Positions 1 through 7,913 of a stretch of 64,000 nucleotides of DNA are shown here, piece by piece; position 1 is the first letter of the stretch, and every line of letters starts with the position of its first letter. The notes beneath the pieces are model-generated. The model worked only from the letters and a program-made list of their open reading frames with translations. It had not been told where the DNA came from and ran no database searches. The stretch is from Solobacterium sp. (GTDB taxonomy: Bacteria > Bacillota_I > Bacilli_A > Erysipelotrichales > Erysipelotrichaceae). The stretch is from positions 132-64,131 of the forward strand of contig JALCHG010000001.1 of assembly GCA_022644565.1 (NCBI GenBank), given 5' to 3'. The position numbers and the translations under genes are program-made.

Positions 1-597
1 ATAGATGGTTTCTTCTTCGACAGTGCCGTTTGAGAAGGTCAGTACCGGACCATTGCGGTCATCATACGGGATGGCACGGATATAGGTGCTTGTATTGCCG
101 GCAGAATCTTCTGCCGTATAGTAGATCCATTTTCCTTTTGTTTCAGATCTGACGGAGGCTGTGACATCGCCATCCCTGAGATCAACAGCCTGATAGCCTT
201 CTTCCTCATAAGGGTGGTTGTAAAGCGTATAGTAGTCGGGATTATAGGTCAGGCTGATCACCGGACCTTTTGTGTCTTTGACCGTGACTTTTCTTTTGGC
301 TGTCTTAGTATGATTGCGGTAGGAAGCGGTGTAAGCCACGGTATAGGTGTCTTCCCTGGAAGGGTTGACCTGGTCTTTTACAGAGACTTTCAGACGATGA
401 TGTAAAAAGGGCAGAAGGATGTTTCTGACTTCAGCCGAAGCACCGGGATCATAGTATGTTTCACCATACTCGGCTGAAGTCAGAAAGGGGTCCTTCAGGG
501 TGATTCTGATTCTGTATCCGAATAGAAAAGCACAAAGCACATAAAGACAGACGATGGCTGCACTCAGGGCAGCAATGATATATCGTGTTTTTTTCAT
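1..597 (-). CDS. Membrane-anchored protein with bacterial Ig-like (DUF5011-type) repeats, partial (3' end outside window); such proteins often carry a C-terminal polysaccharide deacetylase
   Basis: Manual translation (absent from the ORF track): ATG at 597 with AGGAG RBS. MKKTRYIIAALSAAIVCLYVLCAFLFG (TM), then Ig-like motifs 'YYDPGASA', 'TYTVAYTASY', 'KRKVTVKDTKGPVISL', 'YTAEDSAGNTS'. Frame is open to position 1. Confidence 0.75.
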   Translation of the reverse strand, partial: MKKTRYIIAALSAAIVCLYVLCAFLFGYRIRITLKDPFLTSAEYGETYYDPGASAEVRNILLPFLHHRLKVSVKDQVNPSREDTYTVAYTASYRNHTKTAKRKVTVKDTKGPVISLTYNPDYYTLYNHPYEEEGYQAVDLRDGDVTASVRSETKGKWIYYTAEDSAGNTSTYIRAIPYDDRNGPVLTFSNGTVEEETIY

Positions 598-661
598 AAA
601 TACTCCTGACTCTATTATACGGTATGGAGCGGAATCAGATCTTAAGAGTGACAATGAAAAA

Positions 662-699
662 ATGTTTCAGAAAAATATGTTGCATTATTTCTGAAAACT
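662..699 (+). promoter_or_regulatory. Two CodY-box-like sites upstream of the asnB leader
   Basis: ATGTTTCAGAAAAAT (662-676) and TTATTTCTGAAAACT (685-699) resemble AATTTTCWGAAAATT with 3-4 mismatches and form an inverted repeat. Confidence 0.35.
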
Positions 700-721
700 G
701 ACTAGGATAATAGGCACAGGC

Positions 722-990
722 AGAGAAGAGGAGAAGTAGCACAGAAAGCAGATTACAGAGACTGAGGGATGGTGAGAACCTCAGAACAGGCGCTGTGGGA
801 AAGAACACCTCTGAGCTGCGGACCGAAATGTCAGAAAGTAGGCTCCGCCGGATGCAGACCGTTAAAGCTGACCCCTGATGTCTGTCAGGAGACTAAGCGA
901 CTGATCAGTCAATATGGATCAGTAAACTGGGTGGTACCGCGGAGCACAGTCCTTCGTCCCAAGATCGGGATGAAGGACTGTTTTATTTTC
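722..990 (+). promoter_or_regulatory. T-box riboswitch, Asn specifier
   Basis: Stem I motifs AGTA, AGAGA and GGTGAGAA. Specifier loop GAA-AG-AAC-A (AAC at 804-806). T-box AACTGGGTGGTACCGCG (~925-941). Terminator CAGTCCTTCGTCCC..GGGATGAAGGACTG-TTTT (947-990). Lies directly upstream of asnB. Confidence 0.93.
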
Positions 991-1004
991 TGGAGGAGAA
1001 CATT

Positions 1005-2582
1005 ATGTGTGGAATTCTGGTATCAACGGATGTGATGGTAGATCGTGCCGCATTTGAAAAGGGCTTATCTGTATTAAGAGACAGAGGTCCGGATGATGAA
1101 AGAACCATCGTCAAAAAGGAAGGCATCTATGGCTTTGCCAGACTTGCCGTCATGGGACTGACGGAAAAAGGAATGCAGCCGTTTGAAAGAGACGGCATGA
1201 CGGTGGTATGCAATGGCGAGCTGTACGGCTTCCGTCCGGTCAAGAAGGAACTGGAAAAGAAATATACGTTTGTCAGTGATTCAGACTGTGAGATCATTCT
1301 TCCTTTATATGAAGAAAAGGGACTGGATATGTTCCGTGAACTGGATGCGGAATTTGCCATGTGCTTCTATGATCCCAAACGCGGTTTCATCGCTGCCCGT
1401 GATCCGATCGGCATCAGACCGCTGTTCTATGGCTATACGGAAAACCATAAGATCTGCTTCGGTTCTACCGTGGCTTCCTTACAGCCGATTGCCCAGGATA
1501 TCAAACCGTTCCCTCCGGGAACATATTATGCAGAAGGAAGATTTGTTCCTTATACAGAGATCTATCATGCGGACAGAGTCATTCATGATGATCTGGAAAC
1601 AGCATGCACACATATCCATGATCTGCTGGTGGATGGTGTATTGAAGAGAATGGATGCGGATGCCAAGGCCGGGTACCTTTTATCAGGCGGCCTGGATTCT
1701 TCACTTGTCTGTGCCATTGCGGCCCGCCATAGTGATCGTCCGATCCGTACTTTCTCCATCGGCATGGATACCGATGCCATCGACCTCAAGTATGCCCGTC
1801 AGGTCGCTGACTTCATTCACTCCGACCATACTGAATTCACGATGACAAGAGAAGACATTCTCAAAGCACTGCCGACAGTTATCAAGGCATTAGGCAGCTG
1901 GGATATCACAACGATCCGTGCATCCTTAGGCATGTACCTGCTGTGTAAGAAGATTCATGAGACAACGGATATCAAGGTTCTGATGACAGGTGAAGTTTCT
2001 GATGAACTGTTCGGCTATAAATATACGGACTTTGCCCCGGATGCCAAGAGCTTCCAGGATGAAGCGGAGAAGCGGGTCAGAGAGCTGTATCTCTATGATG
2101 TGTTGAGAGCAGACCGCTGCATTTCGCAGAACAGTATGGAAGGCAGAGTGCCGTTTGGTGATCTTGCCTTTGTCAGATATGTCATGGATCTGGATCCGGC
2201 CCTGAAGATGAACACCTATCATATGGGCAAGTATCTGCTGCGTCATGCCTTTGAGAAAGATGAATGCCTGCCGCACAACATCCTGTTCCGTGACAAGGCA
2301 GCCTTCTCTGATGCGGTCGGCCATTCTCTGGCAGATGATCTGAAGGCATATGCGGAAGAGAAATACAGCGATGCTGAATTTGAAGAAGGCAGAAAGAAAT
2401 ATTCCTGGTGCACGCCGTTCACCAAGGAATCATTGCTGTACCGTGATATCTTTGAACAGTTCTATCTGGGTGAAGATAAGCTCATCAAGGATTACTGGAT
2501 GCCTAACCGTTCCTGGAAAGGATGCGACGTCAACGATCCAAGTGCCCGCTACCTCAGCAACTATGGTGCCAGTGCTTATTGA
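1005..2582 (+). CDS. asnB: Asparagine synthase (glutamine-hydrolysing)
   Basis: N-terminal MCGI Ntn-amidotransferase, RGPD, RLAVMG, NGELY, RDPIGIRPLF, LSGGLDSS; preceded by an Asn T-box. Confidence 0.96.
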   Translation: MCGILVSTDVMVDRAAFEKGLSVLRDRGPDDERTIVKKEGIYGFARLAVMGLTEKGMQPFERDGMTVVCNGELYGFRPVKKELEKKYTFVSDSDCEIILPLYEEKGLDMFRELDAEFAMCFYDPKRGFIAARDPIGIRPLFYGYTENHKICFGSTVASLQPIAQDIKPFPPGTYYAEGRFVPYTEIYHADRVIHDDLETACTHIHDLLVDGVLKRMDADAKAGYLLSGGLDSSLVCAIAARHSDRPIRTFSIGMDTDAIDLKYARQVADFIHSDHTEFTMTREDILKALPTVIKALGSWDITTIRASLGMYLLCKKIHETTDIKVLMTGEVSDELFGYKYTDFAPDAKSFQDEAEKRVRELYLYDVLRADRCISQNSMEGRVPFGDLAFVRYVMDLDPALKMNTYHMGKYLLRHAFEKDECLPHNILFRDKAAFSDAVGHSLADDLKAYAEEKYSDAEFEEGRKKYSWCTPFTKESLLYRDIFEQFYLGEDKLIKDYWMPNRSWKGCDVNDPSARYLSNYGASAY

Positions 2583-2591
2583 TTTTTGAGA

Positions 2592-2624
2592 AAGAGAGCC
2601 CTGAAGTCAGGGTCCTCTTTTTTT
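2592..2624 (+). terminator. Intrinsic terminator after asnB
   Basis: CCCTG-AAGT-CAGGG stem with outer pairing, followed by a T-run. Confidence 0.75.
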
Positions 2625-2647
2625 GCCATGGCAGAATTCATTGGCAA

Positions 2648-2785
2648 TTTACTGCACTTGTCAAGCAGGATGAAGCTGTTGTCAAAGGACAGCCGCTGAT
2701 CCGCTTTGATCGCAAGAAGATTGCAGAAGCAGGCCATCCGGATACCGTTATCGTTGTTGTAACTAACGGTAAAGGCGGAGCGTAA
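2648..2785 (+). pseudogene. C-terminal fragment of a PTS glucose-family EIIA domain
   Basis: FTALVKQDEAVVKGQPLIRFDRKKIAEAGHPDTVIVVVTNGK matches the end of EIIA(Glc) domains. There is no start/RBS, and the phospho-His region is missing. Confidence 0.7.
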
Positions 2786-3022
2786 AAGCTCTGCCTTTTT
2801 ATGCGGGATGACAGGGTTCGTTTATCTGGAAGGCCGGAATGGAAGATAAGGCATTTTTCCAATATACGATTGATGCGTATAAAAGCATGGCAAATGAACG
2901 GGTACGCCTGGAACAGAAATCAAACCAGCAATATGACAAAATGTGCTAATTGTAATTAAAGACTGTTTTCAGTAGAATGAATTTGAAATAAAACGCTTTA
3001 CATAAGGCACAGGAGGATCTCG

Positions 3023-3442
3023 ATGAACCGCAAGAAAACAGGACCGCTGGCAACTTATCGCATTCTTCAGAAATATACGGATGAGAAACATCTTCTGACG
3101 CTGGAAGAAATTGTTGATCATCTGGAGAATGAATACGGGGTAACAGCTGATCGGCGTACGATTTATGACAATATGAATGTGCTGGGGGACTTCGATATTC
3201 ACATCGATGGATTTGAAGCGGGCCACCGGGGCTATTCTCTGAACCGGGACGGTTTTAATGCCCATAAGGCGGCACGTCTGATCCGCACTCTCAGCAGCAA
3301 CGATGAATTTTCCGATCTGGAAAGGCAGATGTATATTGATGATATTCTGTCACGCCTGAGCATCTATCAGGTGGAAGAGGTGAATCATCTGCTTGAGATA
3401 CAGAATGTAAAATTAAAGAAAGAAAATGACAGACCATTCTGA
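3023..3442 (+). CDS. Winged-HTH protein resembling the N-terminal part of WYL-family regulators, without a WYL domain
   Basis: 'RILQKYTDEKHLLTLEEIVDHLENEYGVTADRRTIYDNMNVL' is the typical wHTH of Firmicute WYL regulators; AGGAGG RBS; only 139 aa. Confidence 0.65.
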   Translation: MNRKKTGPLATYRILQKYTDEKHLLTLEEIVDHLENEYGVTADRRTIYDNMNVLGDFDIHIDGFEAGHRGYSLNRDGFNAHKAARLIRTLSSNDEFSDLERQMYIDDILSRLSIYQVEEVNHLLEIQNVKLKKENDRPF

Positions 3443-3534
3443 AAAAGCAGGATGGTTTTTTCATAAAGATACTTTCAGGGTTTGTATTCCAAAGCGGTCA
3501 ATAGTAAAATGTAGGCATTCGCGGAGGTGAGAAA

Positions 3535-4629
3535 ATGGGGACACAGCGTGTCTATAACTTCGCAGCAGGCCCGAGTCAGCTGCCTCTGGAAGTGCTTGAA
3601 AGAGCGCAGAAAGAAATGCTCAACTACCATTCCAGTGGTATGTCAGTGATGGAGATGAGTCATCGATCATCCATTTTTCATTCCATCTATGTTCATACAG
3701 ATGAAGCTTTCCGCAAGGTCATGAATGTGCCGGACAATTATGATGTCCTGTATCTGACCGGCGGCGGTTCAACCCAGTTTGCCATGGTGCCGATGAATCT
3801 CATCGGCAGAACAAAAAAAGCCGATTATGCTCTGACGGGCAATTTCTCGGAAAAGGCATATGAGGAAGCCAAGCGCTATGGCAATGTCAGAGTGGCTTTC
3901 AGTGATAAGGAAAACGGCTACCATCATATTCCCCGTCAGGGTGAAATCGTGGTAGATCCGGATGCGTCTTACTTTCATTACTGTGCCAACAATACCATTT
4001 ACGGTACGGAGTGGCATTATGTACCGGATACAGGGAATGTGCCGTTAGTGGCGGATATGTCCAGTGATATTACTTCGGCCAAGGTGGATGTTTCAAAGTT
4101 TGCCTTGATTTATGCCGGTGCGCAGAAGAACATGGCGCCGGCCGGTGTGACGGTTGTGATCCTCCGCAAGGATCTTGATCTGCGGCCGCTGTCCTATACG
4201 CCGACCATGCTGAGGTACAAGACCCACATCGATAAGGAAAGCATGTACAATACGCCCCCATGCTGGCAGATCTATATGCTGGGACTGCAGATGGACTGGA
4301 TTCTGGAACAGGGCGGTATTGATGAGATGGAAAGAAGAAAGAAGGAAAGAGCCGGACTGCTGTACGGCACGCTGGACAATTCTTCTCTCTTCAAGCTGCA
4401 TGCGGATAAGGAATCCCGTTCTTATATGAATGTTACATTCCGTACCGGAGATGAAAATCTGGATAAGGAATTTGTGGCGGAAGCGGCTGAGCAGGGACTT
4501 GTTTCCCTGGCCGGCCATCGTCTGACCAAGGGCATGCGTGCTTCCATATACAACGCCATGCCTGTAGAAGGTGTAAAGAAACTGTGCAGCTTTATTGAAA
4601 CTTTTGATGCTGCACACAGGAAAGGATAA
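3535..4629 (+). CDS. serC: Phosphoserine aminotransferase
   Basis: YNFAAGPSQLP, MSVMEMSHRS, GGGSTQF, ANNTIYGT, YAGAQKNM (PLP Lys), YNTPP, GMRASIYNA. Confidence 0.96.
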   Translation: MGTQRVYNFAAGPSQLPLEVLERAQKEMLNYHSSGMSVMEMSHRSSIFHSIYVHTDEAFRKVMNVPDNYDVLYLTGGGSTQFAMVPMNLIGRTKKADYALTGNFSEKAYEEAKRYGNVRVAFSDKENGYHHIPRQGEIVVDPDASYFHYCANNTIYGTEWHYVPDTGNVPLVADMSSDITSAKVDVSKFALIYAGAQKNMAPAGVTVVILRKDLDLRPLSYTPTMLRYKTHIDKESMYNTPPCWQIYMLGLQMDWILEQGGIDEMERRKKERAGLLYGTLDNSSLFKLHADKESRSYMNVTFRTGDENLDKEFVAEAAEQGLVSLAGHRLTKGMRASIYNAMPVEGVKKLCSFIETFDAAHRKG

Positions 4630-4639
4630 ACAGATAAGC

Positions 4640-5806
4640 ATGTATAGAGTTAAACTTTTGAACAATATTTCTCCGGCTGCCAGGGAAATTCTGAAGGCAC
4701 CGGACTATGAACTGGGAGAAAATGAAGAAAAGCCGGATGCACTGTTTGTACGGGCTTCCGATCTGCATAACTACCCGTTCAATGACAATCTGCTGTGTAT
4801 CGGCAGAGCCGGCATCGGTGTCAATACGATTCCGCTGGAGGAATGCATTTCAAAAGGTGTCGTTGTCTTCAATACGCCGGGCGGCAACGCCAATGGCGTC
4901 AAGGAGCTGTTCCTGTTCGCTATGGCCATGGCCAGCCGTGACATCATGGGCGGCATGCAGTGGGTGCTGAACTATGATGAGTCTGAAGGTCCGGTTGAAC
5001 AGCGGATGGAGAAGATCAAGAAGCAGTTTGTCGGTCCGGAATTTGCCGGCAAGACATTAGGCGTCATCGGAGCAGGAAATGTCGGTTCCAGAGTTGCCAA
5101 TGTGGCTTTGAGCTGTGACATGAAAGTCTATGCTTATGACCCGTATCTGAGTTCTGATGCCGCATGGACCATTGACCGTCATGTCTTCCGTGTCTCTGAT
5201 GTACATGATCTGTTCAAGTACTGTGATTACATCACCATTCATACGCCTCTGACGGATGAAACACGCAATATGATCAATAAGGAAGCCATTGCGGAAATGA
5301 AGACCGGTGTGCGCATCATCAACTATGCCAGAGGCGAAGTTGTCAATGAGGATGCGATTGTGGAAGGACTGGAATCCGGCAAAGTCGCAAGATATGTCGC
5401 TGACTTCCCGACCAAGCGTCTGATTCATACTAAGAATACGGTACTGACCCCGCACCTTGGCGGTACGACTCAGGAAGCGGAAAGCAACTGTGCCCGTATG
5501 GCTGCCCAGGAAATGGATGACTATATCAAGAACGGTAATATCCGCAACAGTGTGGTTCTGCCCAATGTCCATATGGACAGAAGCGGTGCTGCCCGCATCT
5601 GCATCATTCATAAGAACCTGCCGGGCATGCTGACAAAGATCATGCCGGTGTTCTCCCGTGATCAGATCAACATCGAAAACATGACCAACAAGTCTCAGGG
5701 CAGCTATGCCTACAGTGTGTTCGATGTCAATAGTGAAGTAGATGAGAAAGCAGTACAGGAACTGAGTGAGCTGGATGGCGTCATCCGGGTCAGAGTTCTG
5801 AAGTAA
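4640..5806 (+). CDS. serA: D-3-phosphoglycerate dehydrogenase with C-terminal ACT domain
   Basis: RAGIGVN, NTPGGNAN, GVIGAGNVG Rossmann motif, PHLGG, ACT 'HKNLPGML'; follows serC. Start placed at ATG 4640. Confidence 0.93.
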   Translation: MYRVKLLNNISPAAREILKAPDYELGENEEKPDALFVRASDLHNYPFNDNLLCIGRAGIGVNTIPLEECISKGVVVFNTPGGNANGVKELFLFAMAMASRDIMGGMQWVLNYDESEGPVEQRMEKIKKQFVGPEFAGKTLGVIGAGNVGSRVANVALSCDMKVYAYDPYLSSDAAWTIDRHVFRVSDVHDLFKYCDYITIHTPLTDETRNMINKEAIAEMKTGVRIINYARGEVVNEDAIVEGLESGKVARYVADFPTKRLIHTKNTVLTPHLGGTTQEAESNCARMAAQEMDDYIKNGNIRNSVVLPNVHMDRSGAARICIIHKNLPGMLTKIMPVFSRDQINIENMTNKSQGSYAYSVFDVNSEVDEKAVQELSELDGVIRVRVLK

Positions 5807-5820
5807 GGAATAAGAAAGAC

Positions 5821-5852
5821 AGGGAGCCATCCTGAAAAGGGATGGCTCCTTT
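5821..5852 (+). terminator. Intrinsic terminator after serA
   Basis: GGAGCCATCC-TGAAAA-GGGATGGCTCC-TTT. Confidence 0.7.
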
Positions 5853-5864
5853 CAGGAGAGTGCC

Positions 5865-7124
5865 ATGGATTTAACATTCAGAATTGATACAAGAGAAGAA
5901 CATGTCAATGTGAAGGATGAGCTGCTGCTGGATATCCTGATGCCGCAGAGCGACAGCTCTGTCCCGGATGAAAAACAGATTCTGGAAGAAGCGCTGGACC
6001 ATCCCATCGCATCAGAACGTCTGGAAGATATCGTTCACCCGGGTGAAAAAGTCGTTATTGTCACATCCGATAACACCAGACCCATCCCTTCCTATAAAGT
6101 GCTGCCGCCGGTATTGAAGCGGCTGGAACAGGCCGGCATAAAGAAAGAGGATATACAGATCATCTTCGGCCGCGGCTCGCATCGCAGACAGACTCCATCC
6201 GAACAGGCAGCCCTGGTCGGTCAGGATATCTATGACACCGTCACCTGTTCTGATTCCGATACCGGACATACATATCACTATGGGGAAACAAAAGCCGGTA
6301 CACCGGTTGACATTGATGAACGCATCCATGAAGCTGACCGGGTAATCTGCCTTGGCAATGTGGAATACCACTACTTTGCCGGCTTCTCAGGGGGAGCCAA
6401 AGCCATCATGCCGGGCTGTTCCACCCGTGCCGCCATTGAAAAGAACCATCGTTTCATGGTAAAGGAAGATGCCCATGCCGGAAAGCTCAAAGGCAATCCG
6501 GTCCGGGAAGATCTGGAAGAAGCAGCTGCCATGGTCCATGTGGACTTTATTGTCAACGTGGTATTGAATACAAAGAAACAGATTGTCTATGCGGCTGCCG
6601 GCGACTTGACTCAGGCTCATCGTGATGCCTGCCGGCATCTTGTTGATCTGTATGCCATGCCGATTGAACAGCAGGCAGATATTGTCATTGTATCCCAGGG
6701 CGGTGCGCCCAAGGACCGTAATCTCTACCAGACACAGAAAGCCCTGGATAACACCAAATATGCCGTAAAACAGGGCGGCACGGTCATTGTATGCGGATCA
6801 TGCAGAGAAGGCTTTGGTGAAGCACACTTTGAAAACTTCATGCGCACTTACAAAGATCCAGATGAAATGATCCAGGCTCTCTATGATCACTTTGTCTTAG
6901 GTGCGCATAAAGCGGCGGCTATTGCCATGGTAGAGAAACGGGCAGAGATCTATCTGGTTTCCGATCTGCCTGATGAAACCGTTAATGCGACTTTCCTCAA
7001 GCCTTTCCATTCACTGCAGGAAGCCTATGATGCTGCCCAGCAGAAATATGATCAACATGGTACCGTCATCGCCATGCCATATGGCGGCTCTACGCTGCCT
7101 CAGCTGAAGGAAGAAGTGAAATGA
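5865..7124 (+). CDS. larA: Nickel-pincer-dependent lactate racemase family protein (LarA/DUF2088)
   Basis: SDNTRP, GSHR, EYHYFAGFSGGAKAIMPG, NH, QTQKAL and GAHKA motifs of the LarA superfamily. Confidence 0.88.
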   Translation: MDLTFRIDTREEHVNVKDELLLDILMPQSDSSVPDEKQILEEALDHPIASERLEDIVHPGEKVVIVTSDNTRPIPSYKVLPPVLKRLEQAGIKKEDIQIIFGRGSHRRQTPSEQAALVGQDIYDTVTCSDSDTGHTYHYGETKAGTPVDIDERIHEADRVICLGNVEYHYFAGFSGGAKAIMPGCSTRAAIEKNHRFMVKEDAHAGKLKGNPVREDLEEAAAMVHVDFIVNVVLNTKKQIVYAAAGDLTQAHRDACRHLVDLYAMPIEQQADIVIVSQGGAPKDRNLYQTQKALDNTKYAVKQGGTVIVCGSCREGFGEAHFENFMRTYKDPDEMIQALYDHFVLGAHKAAAIAMVEKRAEIYLVSDLPDETVNATFLKPFHSLQEAYDAAQQKYDQHGTVIAMPYGGSTLPQLKEEVK

Positions 7125-7195
7125 AATACCAGGACATCAATGCAGAGGCTGGTAAAAATGATCACGGAATAACTTTCCTGATGCAGTTCAGATAA
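7121..7195 (+). pseudogene. 24-codon ORF coupled to larA; possible 5' stub of a deleted gene
   Basis: ATGA overlap with the larA stop. MKYQDINAE resembles (from memory, unverified) the N-terminus of a Firmicute class I SAM methyltransferase family. Followed by hairpin 7210-7250. Confidence 0.3.
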
Positions 7196-7283
7196 CTGCA
7201 GGTATACTGAAAACGGATCATCCATGAATCATGTACAGGCTGATCCGTTTTCTTTCATGCATTTATTCAGAAAGGATCTGTTT

Positions 7284-7766
7284 ATGACAGCAGTGTTATT
7301 TGTCTGCCATGGCAATATCTGCCGTTCCTGTATGGCGGAGTTCTATTTCAAAGAACTTGTAGAAAAAAACGGCATGGCAGACTGTTTTGAGATTGCCTCG
7401 GCAGCCACCCATACCGATGAGATCTGGAATGGACACGGCAGCCCGATGTATCCGGATGCGGTTGATGAGATGAAGCGAAGAGGCATAGACCGGCCGGATA
7501 TGAAGTTGAAACATGCCCGGCTCATGACCCGGCAGGACTATGCCCGTTATGATCTATTGATCGGCATGGATGGGGAGAATCTTTTTGATATGAAGCGGAT
7601 CGCCGGCGGTGATCCGGATCATAAGATTCATCTTCTGCTGGATTATGATGGAAAACACCGCTCTGTAGCGGATCCCTGGTATACCGGGGACTTTGTCACC
7701 GCCATGAATGATATTGCGGCAGGATGTGATGCTTTATATGAAAATCTTATCAGTCGCAATGCTTAA
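7284..7766 (+). CDS. Low-molecular-weight protein-tyrosine phosphatase
   Basis: VLFVCHGNICRS P-loop, DLLIGMD, VADPWYTGDF; start at ATG 7284 after AGAAAGGA. Confidence 0.93.
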   Translation: MTAVLFVCHGNICRSCMAEFYFKELVEKNGMADCFEIASAATHTDEIWNGHGSPMYPDAVDEMKRRGIDRPDMKLKHARLMTRQDYARYDLLIGMDGENLFDMKRIAGGDPDHKIHLLLDYDGKHRSVADPWYTGDFVTAMNDIAAGCDALYENLISRNA

Positions 7767-7791
7767 GTGCTAAAAAATGAAGGCGAAATGC

Positions 7792-7900
7792 TTGACAAGT
7801 ACTAGGATGAGGACCATACTGTAGACACCCTGGAAACAGGGAGGGGTTAGTCCCCATTTATTTTTAGCACACGTTAGCACTCTATGTGTAAGAGTGCTTG
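7792..7900 (+). promoter_or_regulatory. SigA promoter and CIRCE (HrcA operator) upstream of lon
   Basis: TTGACA (7792-7797) with a CATACT -10-like box; TTAGCACTC-N9-GAGTGCTTG at 7874-7900, immediately before the AAAGGAG RBS. Confidence 0.85.
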
Positions 7901-7913
7901 AAAGGAGAACGCT

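Noticed and set aside
214-405. 63-aa + strand ORF
   Set aside because: It is the antisense shadow of the real minus-strand Ig-repeat gene (1-597).
769-1035. 88-aa ORF in the track upstream of asnB
   Set aside because: It coincides with the Asn T-box structure and terminator, and has no RBS or protein-like features.
2786-3010. Possible riboswitch or sRNA before the wHTH gene
   Set aside because: No recognisable aptamer motif or stable terminator; treated as degraded spacer.
5057-5830. Long antisense ORFs (also 22947-23774, 43921-44985, 51913-53073 and others)
   Set aside because: They lie exactly opposite well-supported genes, as expected from codon bias, and show no family motifs.
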